In this document: piece after piece, positions 9,115 through 18,538 of the stretch
How positions within the stretch are numbered: position 1 is the first letter of the stretch
Layout: each line of letters starts with the position of its first letter
Assembly (NCBI GenBank): GCA_017961575.1
Contig: JAGCXA010000044.1
Coordinates: forward strand, 5,705 to 69,704
Source: Clostridia bacterium
GTDB taxonomy: Bacteria > Bacillota > Clostridia > Oscillospirales > CAG-272
Direction of reading: 5' to 3'
DNA length: 64,000 nucleotides
Made by a program: the position numbers and the translations under genes
Notes under the pieces: model-generated
The model's input: the letters and a program-made list of their open reading frames with translations, nothing else
Told to the model about the DNA's origin: nothing
The model's database searches: none

Positions 9115-9760
9115 ACGGCTGGAAGGAAAAAACCGCGAAATGACCTATCGGGAATGGCTGCGAAAGAACGGCGCGCAAGAGGACGGCGAAGCCCTGCGGA
9201 ACGCCGGGACGGACAGAGCGAAAAACTCGCCGGTCTACGGCGCAGCAGGCGAGAAACTGAACGACCGGGGGCTTCTCGGCACGGGGTACGCGGACTATCT
9301 GCGGGAACGGAACGAGAAGACCTACCGCGAAATTATGGGAAGGATCCGGGAGTCGGACGACGAACGGGCGCGCGCCGATCGGGAGGGGTATCTCGCCTAT
9401 CTCGGAAAGTGGGAGACGGCGCAGGATGAACTGATGAAAAAAACGCTGTCCCACCTTGCCGAAACCAAGGTTTCCGGGATCGACGACGCCTACGCCGACG
9501 CGCTCTCGGCGGGTCTTTCCGACGAGCGTGCGAGGATCGTTTCGCGGATCGCGCCCTCGGTCGCGCGTTACGGAATGCGCCGCCTCCGCGAGGGGGTCTC
9601 GGGCGTTCTCGCCGTCAGTCTCTCGGCGGGGCTTTCGGGTGAGGAAGCCGAACTGCTCGCGCGCGCCTGCGGCGTACCCGCGTCGGACGCGGCGAAACTG
9701 CGGCAGACGGTCGAATCGTCGCCGTCACGCACCGTCGGCGGATCCGACCGATGGGAGTAG
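9032..9760 (+). CDS. Phage head-morphogenesis-position protein, function unknown
   Basis: The 242-aa ORF is helical and charged and follows the portal gene. An alternative start at ATG 9140 (after GGAAGG) would remove the 83-nt overlap with the portal. Confidence 0.5.
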   Translation: MSLKAATKSLLSTLFPSSRSGGAKELAKRLEGKNREMTYREWLRKNGAQEDGEALRNAGTDRAKNSPVYGAAGEKLNDRGLLGTGYADYLRERNEKTYREIMGRIRESDDERARADREGYLAYLGKWETAQDELMKKTLSHLAETKVSGIDDAYADALSAGLSDERARIVSRIAPSVARYGMRRLREGVSGVLAVSLSAGLSGEEAELLARACGVPASDAAKLRQTVESSPSRTVGGSDRWE

Positions 9761-9790
9761 AGCGAAATCGGAACGAGGGGAGGTGAAAGA

Positions 9791-9919
9791 ATGAAAGAAC
9801 GGGATATGGGAAAGAACCCCTACGCCACCAACCGCGGCGGACGGATCGAAGCGCCGAACAAAGAGAGCGAAAAACCGAAGGCGTCAACGATCCGTCCCGC
9901 GGGCGACGGCAGAGCGTAA
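9791..9919 (+). CDS. Small hypothetical protein (42 aa), not in the ORF track
   Basis: The ATG at 9791 is preceded by GAGGGGAGGTG. It encodes MKERDMGKNPYATNRGGRIEAPNKESEKPKASTIRPAGDGRA and fills the gap before the scaffold-like gene. Confidence 0.35.
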   Translation: MKERDMGKNPYATNRGGRIEAPNKESEKPKASTIRPAGDGRA

Positions 9920-9948
9920 AGACCGAACGACGAAAGGAAAAAAAGAAC

Positions 9949-10515
9949 GTGAACGAAAACGAAATCAGAACCGAAACGGTACGGGAAACCGAACCGACGG
10001 AGGCGACGCCCGCGTCGGAGAGAATCGCCGAAACCGAAGCGCCGGAAACGGTCGACGAAACCGAAGAGTCGGCGTCCCTCCCGGAAAACGGGGCGGACGA
10101 AACGGCGTCCGGCGACGACCCCGACGGGGAGAACGCACCGGAAGAGACGCCGGACGGGGACGACGAGCGCTACCGGAGGCAGGCGGAGAGCGATCTTGCC
10201 GAATTGCAGAGGATCGACCCCGCCGCGGCGGGCTACCGCCATCTCGGAGAGATGCCCGGCGCGCTCCGCTTCGCCGAACTCCGCGGGCTCGGACTCACGG
10301 TCGAGGAGGCGTACTTCGCCGTCAGGGGGGCGGTTGTCGAAAAAACCGATCCCGACAGGGGCGGAAGGGCGCATCTGCACGGATCCGTGCCCGGGCGCGC
10401 CGCATCGGGCGGGAACGGAATGACCGTCGGCGAGATCGAAAACGCGCGACGGCTCTTTCCGGGGCTTCCCGACCGTGAGATCGCGTCGCTCTGGCGGCGC
10501 GTGAACGAAAACTGA
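9949..10515 (+). CDS. Scaffolding-like protein (acidic N-terminus)
   Basis: The 188-aa ORF has a GTG start after GAAAGGA and a highly acidic Glu/Thr/Asp-rich N-terminal half. It lies two genes upstream of the major capsid gene. Confidence 0.5.
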   Translation: MNENEIRTETVRETEPTEATPASERIAETEAPETVDETEESASLPENGADETASGDDPDGENAPEETPDGDDERYRRQAESDLAELQRIDPAAAGYRHLGEMPGALRFAELRGLGLTVEEAYFAVRGAVVEKTDPDRGGRAHLHGSVPGRAASGGNGMTVGEIENARRLFPGLPDREIASLWRRVNEN

Positions 10516-10543
10516 ACGAAACGAAAGAAAGGACGGACAAAGA

Positions 10544-10957
10544 ATGTATAAACTCGTAAAGATCCTCTCGGGACGGGGGAATGAGGCGGAGCCGCGCACC
10601 GTTTCGGTGACGGCGCTCTCGGCGGCGATCGACGCCGGCACGCCGGTCAATATCGCGGCGGGCGTCGTGACCCCTCTGACCGCTTCCACCACCGTGCTCG
10701 CCACGCATATCGTCGCGCGGGCGGCGGCGTCGGGCGCGACGTCGATCCTCGTCTTCGACCTGCTTCCCGGCATGGTGTTCGAGGCGCCGCTCACCGCCGC
10801 CATCGGCTCGATGAAGGTCGGCGGCGAATACAAGATCACGGCGTCGGGCGTCTCCGCGACCGCGGTTTCAAGCTCGGTGCGCGGCGCCATCCTCTTCGAT
10901 CCCGCAGGGGCGGCGCTCACGGGCGACAAGGTTCTTGTGACCTTCCCGCTCGCCTGA
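10544..10957 (+). CDS. Hypothetical phage head protein (possible decoration or accessory protein)
   Basis: The 137-aa ORF has the RBS GAAAGGA and is Ala/Thr/Val-rich. It lies directly upstream of the major capsid gene. Confidence 0.45.
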   Translation: MYKLVKILSGRGNEAEPRTVSVTALSAAIDAGTPVNIAAGVVTPLTASTTVLATHIVARAAASGATSILVFDLLPGMVFEAPLTAAIGSMKVGGEYKITASGVSATAVSSSVRGAILFDPAGAALTGDKVLVTFPLA

Positions 10958-10985
10958 CGAAAACTGACAGAAAGGAAAGAAACGA

Positions 10986-12047
10986 ATGTCGATCGTATAC
11001 GCGAAATCTTCGGGGCTTGTGAACGCCCAGATCGGACGGCTGGAAACCCCGATCAAAATGATCATCGAGCACGAGTCGGACAACCTCACCAAGCAGGGAG
11101 GCGTCCGCGACTGGCTCTTCAACGTCGAGAGTTCCGACCGGTTCGGCGAGACCGTCGTCGGTCAGAACGAGTTCGGGGTCTTTACCTCGGTGGAGGAGGG
11201 CGCAGGCGCCGAAAACGACGATCTTGCGGAGACCTACAAGAAGTTCATCGAACACATCCAGTTCATGAAGGAGTTTACCGTCACGGCGCAGATGATGGAG
11301 GACGCCCGGTACGGGGTCGCCGCCGACGCGAAACGCCGCGCGGAGAACTTCACCCGCGCCTACTTCAAGACGCAGAACAAGATCTGCGAGTACGCGCTGG
11401 CAAACGGCACGGCGACCTCCGGCACCTTTGCCCGCGCCTCGCTCGATCTGACCACCCCCGACGGGCAGGCGCTGTTCAGCTCCTCGCACCGCTGGGGCGG
11501 ACAGCGCGCGTCGGGCACGCAGGCAAACTTCTTCTACGGGGACGTGTTCTCGTCGACCGTCGGGGGCAACCGGGTCGCGTCGAGCGCGGTCTTCGAGGAG
11601 GCGCTTGCCGCCCTCGCCGTCAAACTCCGCAATATGAAGGACGAGAACGGGGAACCGCTCGGCTACACCGCCGACACCCTGATCCTGCCCGGCAACCGCC
11701 CCGCCGCCGAGATGATCGCGAAGAAGGTCTGCGGCTCCGAGGGCGCGCTCGGCAACGGTTACAACGACATCAACCTGCACTACGGGAACTGGAACGTCGT
11801 GATCCTCCCCGGCTGGCAGACCTCGGACGACCGCTGCATGATTATGTCGAGCGAGGCGAACAAGAACCTCGCGGGCAACCTCTTCTTCAACCGCATTCCG
11901 CTCACCGTCACCAACTGGGTGGACAACCACACCGGCAACTACGTCTGGAACGGCAGATGCCGCTTCGGCGTCGGGTTCGGCACGTACAAGCACATCCTGC
12001 TCGCCGTGGACAGCGCGAGTTCGGTCACGGGGGCGACCGCGCTGTGA
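10986..12047 (+). CDS. Major capsid protein
   Basis: The call rests on the 353-aa size, the position, the RBS GAAAGGAAAG, and a general resemblance to HK97-fold or Mu gpT-like capsid proteins (…FGVFTSVEEGAGAENDDL…FMKEFTVTAQMMEDARYG…). Confidence 0.7.
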   Translation: MSIVYAKSSGLVNAQIGRLETPIKMIIEHESDNLTKQGGVRDWLFNVESSDRFGETVVGQNEFGVFTSVEEGAGAENDDLAETYKKFIEHIQFMKEFTVTAQMMEDARYGVAADAKRRAENFTRAYFKTQNKICEYALANGTATSGTFARASLDLTTPDGQALFSSSHRWGGQRASGTQANFFYGDVFSSTVGGNRVASSAVFEEALAALAVKLRNMKDENGEPLGYTADTLILPGNRPAAEMIAKKVCGSEGALGNGYNDINLHYGNWNVVILPGWQTSDDRCMIMSSEANKNLAGNLFFNRIPLTVTNWVDNHTGNYVWNGRCRFGVGFGTYKHILLAVDSASSVTGATAL

Positions 12048-12913
12048 CGGTCGGGGAGTTGCAGGCGGAGGTCGCCTATCTCGGGTTCGAGACCCGTCTG
12101 AACGACGAGGCGATCCGCCGCGGGTTCATCCCCGCCGTCAATCGCGGGATCGCGGAACTCGACGCGCTGATGCCGAGGACGGAAAGAGTCACTTTCTACC
12201 ACCGTCCCCCCGCCGATCTGCTCCCCGCTTTTTCTTCGATCCGCAAAAGTCCGGGGGAGACCGTCACGGTCTCTCTCCCGGACGGGACCCGCGCACTTTC
12301 CGCACGGGTCTCGGGGACCGGGACGCTGATCTTCTCGGACGGGAGCGGGGAAACGCGCTTCCCGTTTGCGACGGGGCGGCGGACGGCGACCTTCTCCCGA
12401 AACGTGACGGGGAGCGGCACGCTGTTGCTCTCGGACGGCGACGGCGGGACGGGGGACGCGGATCTGATCGCGGTGCGCGCCTATGATTCCGCGTCCGCCG
12501 ACGGGCTTTTTGACGAGTCGGGTTTTCTCGCCTACCGGGTGCGCGACGCGCGCCCCGATTTCCACGCCTTCGCGCCGCCCTTCGTCGAGTACCGGGGCGC
12601 GCCTTATACGGGCGAATACAGGACGGCGAACGGGACGCTTCTGCTTCCGGCGTCGGCGCCGACGGGGGAATACACGGCGGTGATCCGCTTGGCGCCCCGG
12701 ACGGTATCCGAAGCGGACGGGAGCGACGCGACGGTCCCGCTCGACGGGGCGCTCGCCGCCCTTTTGCCCGAACTCGTCGCCTCCTTTCTCTGGCTTGACG
12801 ACGCGCCCGAGAAAGCGCGGTTCTACTACGAGACCTATCTGCGCAAGAACGCCGCCTTCCGCTCGGCGCTCCGCGGAGAGGGCGACCGTTCGGTTCGCGG
12901 GAACGGCTGGTAA
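12044..12913 (+). CDS. Hypothetical phage structural protein
   Basis: The GTG at 12044 overlaps the capsid stop (GTGA) and is preceded by ACGGGGG. The listed ORF 11957.. would overlap the capsid gene by 90 nt. Confidence 0.5.
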   Translation: MTVGELQAEVAYLGFETRLNDEAIRRGFIPAVNRGIAELDALMPRTERVTFYHRPPADLLPAFSSIRKSPGETVTVSLPDGTRALSARVSGTGTLIFSDGSGETRFPFATGRRTATFSRNVTGSGTLLLSDGDGGTGDADLIAVRAYDSASADGLFDESGFLAYRVRDARPDFHAFAPPFVEYRGAPYTGEYRTANGTLLLPASAPTGEYTAVIRLAPRTVSEADGSDATVPLDGALAALLPELVASFLWLDDAPEKARFYYETYLRKNAAFRSALRGEGDRSVRGNGW

Positions 12914-12925
12914 GGAGGCGATCGG

Positions 12926-15634
12926 ATGGCACGTGTTACCCATCGCCGGATCGCCGCCTCTTCGGGGTTCGATCCCTCGGGCGCGGGCGGCAGACCGACC
13001 GTTTCACGCAACCTTTACCGCGACTACGCGGCGGCGGGCGAACCCTCCTGGCGGACGGTGCCGGGATACCGGCTCCACGCGACGCTGTCGGGGAAGATCA
13101 ACGGGATCTTTCCCTTCGGCGAGGGAGTTTTGCACGCCGACGAGACGCCGGGGCGGCTCTGGCTCGTCCACGCCGGGACCGAACTCTGGCTCGTCCGGGC
13201 GGACGACGGATCGAAACGCCGTTTTCTCGGCTTGACCCTTTCGGATCACGAGAGCCGGGGCTGCCGCTTCGACGGTTGGTTCTATCTTCTCGACGGCACG
13301 CGCTTCGTCAGGGTCAGAACCGATCCGCAGGACAACTCCGATCCGCTTTTCCGGAGCGAGACGGTCGGCGGATACGTTCCGACCTGTATCCTCAACGGCG
13401 AGCCCTACGAATCGGCGAACCTTTTGACGGGGATCTACCGGATCGCGGCGGATCTGTCGGATCCCGTCGGCTCGTCGGACGCCGACTTTCACTACGGACG
13501 CTCGGGCAGAGCGGGGGAGGCGGTGCTTCTCTCCGCCGCCACGGCGTCGGGCGACGTTTTCCTGCCCGAAACGGTCGCGGTGGACGGCGAGACGCTGCGC
13601 CTGACCGAGATCGGCGCGCACGCCTTCGACGGCAATCTGACCCTGACCGGGGTCGTCTGCCCCGACGGGATCACCCGGATCGGCACGTCGGCGTTCCGGG
13701 GCTGTACGGCGCTCGCCGCCTTCTCGGGCGGCGAGGAACTGACCGTGATCGGACTGAGCGCGTTCCGCAACTGCACGTCTCTTACCACCCTGATCCTGCC
13801 GGGAACGCTCCGTACGGTGAAGAGTTACGCCTTCTACGGGTGTTCGTCGCTTGCGACGCTTCACTACGGGGGCGACGACTTTGCCGGCGAAGTCGGCGTC
13901 TCGATCCTCGGCAATCAGCCCCTCTCCTCCCTGACGCCGAACAACGGATCCGACGGGGCGGGGGAGTTCGGGGACGCCTATACGCTCGCCTTCGACGCGC
14001 CGGCGGACGGCGTGGTCGAGGTCAAGCTCGACGGCGCCGAGATCTACGAGGACGCAGGCGACCCGGTCTATTCGGTCGGGACGAAGAACAGCAAAGCCGT
14101 TTCGGTCACGGTGAAAACGTCCGACCGTCGGAAACTGCGGGGATGCAGACTGACCGTGACGGTCTCGGCGTCCTCCCGCCGCGCGGGCGGCGAGTCGGTG
14201 CGCGAGGCGTTGCCCGGCTATACCGGGGAGATCCGCGATATGATCCGGCGGTGTCGGCTCATCACCGTTTTCGACGGACGGCTGTTCCTCTCCGGCAACC
14301 CCGACCTGCCCGACGTGGTTTTCTACTCCTGTCGGAACGCCGCGGGAACGATGGAGGGGGGTTACTTCGGCGTCTATCAGTACTTCCGCGACGGGGCGGG
14401 TAAGGACGCCGTCGTCTCGATGGTCGCGGGTCCCGACGCCCTGACCGTCTTCACGTCGGGGAACGGACGGGGCGGCGTGTTCCGCCACGCGGCGGCGTCG
14501 ACCGGGGACGACCAACTTCCGCGGATCTATCCGCGCGAGAGCGGCAACGAACTGCCGGGTGTCGTCGGCGACGCGATCCTTTACCGCGACGCCCCCGTGT
14601 TCGTCTCGGCGGCGGGGATATACAGCGTCCTTCCGTCCGGGCTTCGCTACGAGCGCAGCACCGTCTGCCGTTCCGAGGGGATCGCGTCGCTCTTTCCGCT
14701 CGATCCCGCGTCGGTCCGGCTCGGCGTCTGGGACGGCTATCTCGCCGTCTTTCTCCCCGGCGGGGAGGTGCTGCTCGGCGACGGGCGGCAGGGGCGGGAA
14801 CAGCCGTCGGAGGGGACCGGATTCGAGTGGTGGCGTCTGTCGGGGATCGGCGGACGTACGGGCGATCGCGTCGTTTACCGTTTTTCGTCCGCGCTCCCGT
14901 CGGGCGCCGCCGCGCTCGGCGTCACGCTGGCGCCGCCCGAACTGCGGGATACCGTGACCGAGGAGACCGTCGTTGAAGAGAACGGGGTTCTTTCGGTCAC
15001 GGTCGGGACGGCGCGCTGCGCCGTTTACGGCGGGCGTGAAAAGGCGGGAGGGACGCTCTCGCCTCCCTCCGCTTTCGCCGCGAGCGGGGACGAACTTCTT
15101 TTCGGGGTCGGGACGGGAAAACTCTACCGTTTCAATACCGACAAGCGCGGCGTTCCGCCGACGGCGGAACTCTCCGGGATGACCGAGGGCGACGTCGCCC
15201 GCTACCGGGAAAACCATCCCGGCGAGATCGCGCCCGAATGGTACGATTTCGACGGGCATCCGATCCCGGTCCTGCTCGAAACGGCGCAGGACGACGGGGG
15301 ACTTCCCACCTGCAGGAAAAACACCGTCGCGGGGTCGGCTTTTCTTGATCTCGACCGGTTGCCCCGCTCCACGTTTTCTTTGACGGTGGGATCGGACGGC
15401 AAAACCCCCGCGCAATCCTTCCGTATCAACGCGTCTGGCGCCGACTTCTCCTCGGTCGATTTCTCGGCGTTCTCGTTTGCGCCCTGCGGCGCGGGGACGG
15501 CGGTCTTCCGGGAGAAATGCCGCCTCTGGCACAGGAAACGCTATCTGATCCGCACGGAGGAGTTCGACTCCCCGATCTCGGTGCGCGCCGTCCTCTACCG
15601 CGCGGAGGAAGCCGGAAAAGTCAAGGAACAGTAA
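12926..15634 (+). CDS. Large phage structural protein with BspA-type leucine-rich repeats (candidate receptor-binding or tail protein)
   Basis: The 902-aa ORF has the RBS TAAGGAGG. Aa ~225-300 carry repeated units ...LTEIGAHAFDGN..LTGVVCPDGITRIGTSAFRGCTALAAF...LTVIGLSAFRNCTSLTTLILPGTLRTVKSYAFYGCSSL, typical of BspA-like LRRs. Confidence 0.65.
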   Translation: MARVTHRRIAASSGFDPSGAGGRPTVSRNLYRDYAAAGEPSWRTVPGYRLHATLSGKINGIFPFGEGVLHADETPGRLWLVHAGTELWLVRADDGSKRRFLGLTLSDHESRGCRFDGWFYLLDGTRFVRVRTDPQDNSDPLFRSETVGGYVPTCILNGEPYESANLLTGIYRIAADLSDPVGSSDADFHYGRSGRAGEAVLLSAATASGDVFLPETVAVDGETLRLTEIGAHAFDGNLTLTGVVCPDGITRIGTSAFRGCTALAAFSGGEELTVIGLSAFRNCTSLTTLILPGTLRTVKSYAFYGCSSLATLHYGGDDFAGEVGVSILGNQPLSSLTPNNGSDGAGEFGDAYTLAFDAPADGVVEVKLDGAEIYEDAGDPVYSVGTKNSKAVSVTVKTSDRRKLRGCRLTVTVSASSRRAGGESVREALPGYTGEIRDMIRRCRLITVFDGRLFLSGNPDLPDVVFYSCRNAAGTMEGGYFGVYQYFRDGAGKDAVVSMVAGPDALTVFTSGNGRGGVFRHAAASTGDDQLPRIYPRESGNELPGVVGDAILYRDAPVFVSAAGIYSVLPSGLRYERSTVCRSEGIASLFPLDPASVRLGVWDGYLAVFLPGGEVLLGDGRQGREQPSEGTGFEWWRLSGIGGRTGDRVVYRFSSALPSGAAALGVTLAPPELRDTVTEETVVEENGVLSVTVGTARCAVYGGREKAGGTLSPPSAFAASGDELLFGVGTGKLYRFNTDKRGVPPTAELSGMTEGDVARYRENHPGEIAPEWYDFDGHPIPVLLETAQDDGGLPTCRKNTVAGSAFLDLDRLPRSTFSLTVGSDGKTPAQSFRINASGADFSSVDFSAFSFAPCGAGTAVFREKCRLWHRKRYLIRTEEFDSPISVRAVLYRAEEAGKVKEQ

Positions 15635-15686
15635 AGCCGGAAAAAAGAAAGGAGCGCTCCCCGCCGGGGGCGGGGAGCAGACGAAT

Positions 15687-16361
15687 ATGCCGATTGCACA
15701 ACTGACCGAAAACGAAATGAACCAAATGGGGGTCGTCTCGCTTCCCACCCGCCCGAACGGCGACTATGCGTCGGGGGGAGAGGCGCTCTCCGCCGCCGCC
15801 CTGAAAGAGCGGTTCGATCGGCTCCCGCGCTATATCGCCGCGCGGCTGAACGCCGTGATCGCGGCGCTGAACGCCGATCCCTCGGACGGGGACGGCGCGA
15901 TCGCGGGGATGATCCTGACCGGGATGTTCCCCGACGAAAACGCCGGGCATACCCTGTCCGACCTCTTTACCGATATTCTGAACGGCGATCTGGCGGGATA
16001 CCTGTCGGTCGGGAACGGCTCGCTCTCCGAGGGGCTGGCGCGGAAGGAGGACACCTTCCTCGTCTCGACCTGTTCGGGGACGACCCTCACCCCCTCTGAT
16101 CAGGTCGAGTATCGCTGCGGGACTCTGTCCGAACTCTCGCTCTCGCTCCCCGAAAACCCGTCGCCGACCTTCTGCTGCGCGATCGTGTTCGACACCCCGG
16201 AGGGGAACGAAAGCGCTTCGCTCGATTATCCGGAGGGGATCCGTTGGTCGGGCGACGACGTCGCGAACGGCGATCTCCTGCTCTTCGGGGAACGGCACTA
16301 CACCGTTTTCCTCTGGTACGACGGGGCGTGGGAGGCGACGGTGCGGGGGGTGGATCTGTGA
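15687..16361 (+). CDS. Hypothetical phage structural protein
   Basis: The 224-aa ORF is co-directional with the cluster and is coupled to the next gene by a GTGA overlap. Confidence 0.5.
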   Translation: MPIAQLTENEMNQMGVVSLPTRPNGDYASGGEALSAAALKERFDRLPRYIAARLNAVIAALNADPSDGDGAIAGMILTGMFPDENAGHTLSDLFTDILNGDLAGYLSVGNGSLSEGLARKEDTFLVSTCSGTTLTPSDQVEYRCGTLSELSLSLPENPSPTFCCAIVFDTPEGNESASLDYPEGIRWSGDDVANGDLLLFGERHYTVFLWYDGAWEATVRGVDL

Positions 16362-17851
16362 GCCGCCTGCAACGGCTGATCCGGATTCTTGCCTGCCGGA
16401 CGGGACTCCGCACGGGAAAGAAGGTCGAGACGCGCGGAAACTTTCCCCTGACCAAACAGGGGACGTTCGGGGGTTTTGCGCTTCGGGACTACGGCGTACT
16501 CGGCGCCGTTCCGTCCAACGTCCCGATGCCCGGCGAGCCGAGCTACCCGAAGTTCACCGGGGCGGCGGAGTTCCCGGACGGATCGGCGGGGCTTTCGCTT
16601 TCCGTCACGGTCGGCGACGGCGCGGGAGAGAGCCGGGAAACCACGCTGTCCTTTCCCGGGGTCGATCCGCTGCGCGCGGTGTCCGGGGTCGCCGACGAAC
16701 TCAATTTCGCCGGAGGAAAAGTGATCCGCCGCGTGGGGGTCTGCCGCGATCCCGTCCTGCTTCCCGGAATGCGGGACTCTTTCGGAAGCGGCTATCCGGC
16801 GCTGGGACTCCTCGTCGGCGACGGGTCGACGGTGGGCAGTTACCGGAACCTTCTTTCGTCTCATTGGTGCGAGATCCGGGGACGCGAACTCATCAACGGC
16901 GATATGCCGGGGATGAGCGTGCAGAGCGGGGTCCTCTACGTCAATCTCCCGCACGAGACCTACCGCCGCTTCGTCAAGGGGTGCGTCGGCGAGACGGTCG
17001 GGGAGGGGGACGGGGACGCGGCGACCTTTTCGGCTCTGCCAGCCCCCGGCGTCTACCGCTGCGATTTCTTCGACGGGACCAGCCGGGTCGTCACGCTGAC
17101 CGAACGGCTGGACGGGATCCCGTACTGCGCCGACGTCGTCGCCGTTTCAAGGAGCGGCGCGATTCTGAAAAAATGCCTGCTCCGGCACACGTTCACGGGG
17201 GAGGAACCGTTTGAAGAACTGCCCGACTTTGAGGAAACCGGCGAAACGCTCTTCCGGATCGCGAAGGAGGACCTCGGCGGCAGAAACACCGAATACGAGA
17301 TCCCGACCGCTCTCTGCACGCACTTCGTCTACGTAGAGTACGCGATCCCCGAGGACCTGATCTGGGACGGCGACGGATGCACGCCGACGTTCTGCGAGGA
17401 CGACGAGTACTGGTATTTTTACCTTCCGGAGGAGGATTCGCTCGCGGGATTCTCGGACTACCTCGCCGACAAGAACGCCGAGGGGACGCCCGTCGTCCTC
17501 GTGTATCCCGCCGATTCGCCCGTCGAAACGCCGCTGACTTCCTATCTCGCCGATACGGCGACGGTCGGCGCCGTCACGCCGTTCCCCGCGATCGCCGACG
17601 ATTACGCCTTCGACGCAGCCGATGGCGTTACGCTGATCCCGGCGATGCGGGAGTTCTTTTCCGAGGAACGCGCGGCGGGGCGGGAGATCGAGATCTACTA
17701 CGTGCTTCCCGAAAACGAAGTCGGCGAAACCGAACTCCCGCTTCCGCGTATTGCGGCGGGGGAGGGGGCGACGACCTTTTCGGTCGCGTCCGCGCAGGCG
17801 GGCGCGACGGAGCCCGTTTCGGGGTGGTTTTCCGCCCTGTGCGATGCGTAA
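16358..17851 (+). CDS. Hypothetical phage structural protein
   Basis: The GTG at 16358 overlaps the previous stop (GTGA) and follows GGGGGG. The product is 497 aa. The listed start at 16244 would overlap the previous gene by 118 nt. Confidence 0.5.
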   Translation: MSRLQRLIRILACRTGLRTGKKVETRGNFPLTKQGTFGGFALRDYGVLGAVPSNVPMPGEPSYPKFTGAAEFPDGSAGLSLSVTVGDGAGESRETTLSFPGVDPLRAVSGVADELNFAGGKVIRRVGVCRDPVLLPGMRDSFGSGYPALGLLVGDGSTVGSYRNLLSSHWCEIRGRELINGDMPGMSVQSGVLYVNLPHETYRRFVKGCVGETVGEGDGDAATFSALPAPGVYRCDFFDGTSRVVTLTERLDGIPYCADVVAVSRSGAILKKCLLRHTFTGEEPFEELPDFEETGETLFRIAKEDLGGRNTEYEIPTALCTHFVYVEYAIPEDLIWDGDGCTPTFCEDDEYWYFYLPEEDSLAGFSDYLADKNAEGTPVVLVYPADSPVETPLTSYLADTATVGAVTPFPAIADDYAFDAADGVTLIPAMREFFSEERAAGREIEIYYVLPENEVGETELPLPRIAAGEGATTFSVASAQAGATEPVSGWFSALCDA

Positions 17852-17867
17852 AGCAGAAAGGAGAACA

Positions 17868-18137
17868 ATGAACGAATACAGATTGACGGAGGAGGGACGG
17901 CTCGAGCGGTTTTCCGGCAGAGTCCTTCGCCGCAACGGTCGGGTCTACGTCAACCCGAAGCAGGACGTCCTGCGCGCGGCGGGGTATAAGCCCCTCGTCC
18001 GCGACCGACTTCCGGCGGACGCCGGACAAAACGACGAGCGGGGCGTTCCCGTCGTTTACGAGGCGGTCTACGCCGACGAGGGCGACGCGATCCGCCTTTC
18101 ATACAGAAGGGGGGCGTATTCCCGTGATGAAGATTAA
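17868..18137 (+). CDS. Small hypothetical phage protein (89 aa)
   Basis: The ATG at 17868 is preceded by AAAGGAG. The listed ORF 17751.. is an upstream extension that overlaps the previous gene. Confidence 0.5.
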   Translation: MNEYRLTEEGRLERFSGRVLRRNGRVYVNPKQDVLRAAGYKPLVRDRLPADAGQNDERGVPVVYEAVYADEGDAIRLSYRRGAYSRDED

Positions 18138-18522
18138 ACTCGTCGGGGAGAGCTACGCGCTGCTCTCCGGGAGAAGCGATCCCGGCGAGAACGGATACCT
18201 TTCGCTCCGCGTCTCCGGGGAGGAGAAGGTCGGTGCGCTCTCGGTGAACGGACGCGCGTTTCCCGCGACGGGAGAGGTCTTCCGCGTACCCGTCACGGCG
18301 TTTGCCGTCGGAGAGAACCGTATTGCGCTCCGACTCACGGACGGGCGCGCCGTTCCGTCCGAGGGGATCCGCCTGACCGGGGGACTCTTCTCCCCGGCGG
18401 GCGCGAAGACCGAGGAGATCGTCGCCGCCTGCGACAAACGGTTCGCGTCGCTCTCGGCGTCGCTTGCGGGACTTGCCGCCCGCGTCAAAGCCCTTGAAGA
18501 TGAATCCGGGATCCTCCCGTAA
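18124..18522 (+). CDS. Hypothetical phage protein with a C-terminal coiled-coil-like tail
   Basis: The 132-aa ORF starts at GTG 18124 or ATG 18127 and overlaps the preceding stop. Confidence 0.45.
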   Translation: MMKIKLVGESYALLSGRSDPGENGYLSLRVSGEEKVGALSVNGRAFPATGEVFRVPVTAFAVGENRIALRLTDGRAVPSEGIRLTGGLFSPAGAKTEEIVAACDKRFASLSASLAGLAARVKALEDESGILP

Positions 18523-18538
18523 AAAGAAAGGAAAAACA

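Noticed and set aside
13004-15748. A 914-aa ORF on the minus strand. There are many similar long antisense or out-of-frame ORFs elsewhere, for example 5834..6946, 7279..8961, 10917..11993, 22278..23768, 26619..28853, 35389..37440, 40111..42657, 42664..44622 and 45794..47200.
   Set aside because: These are typical shadow ORFs of GC-rich DNA. Their products are Arg/Gly/Pro/Ala-rich and low-complexity, and they lack SD sequences. Each lies antisense to a plus- or minus-strand gene that has clear family motifs and operon-consistent starts.
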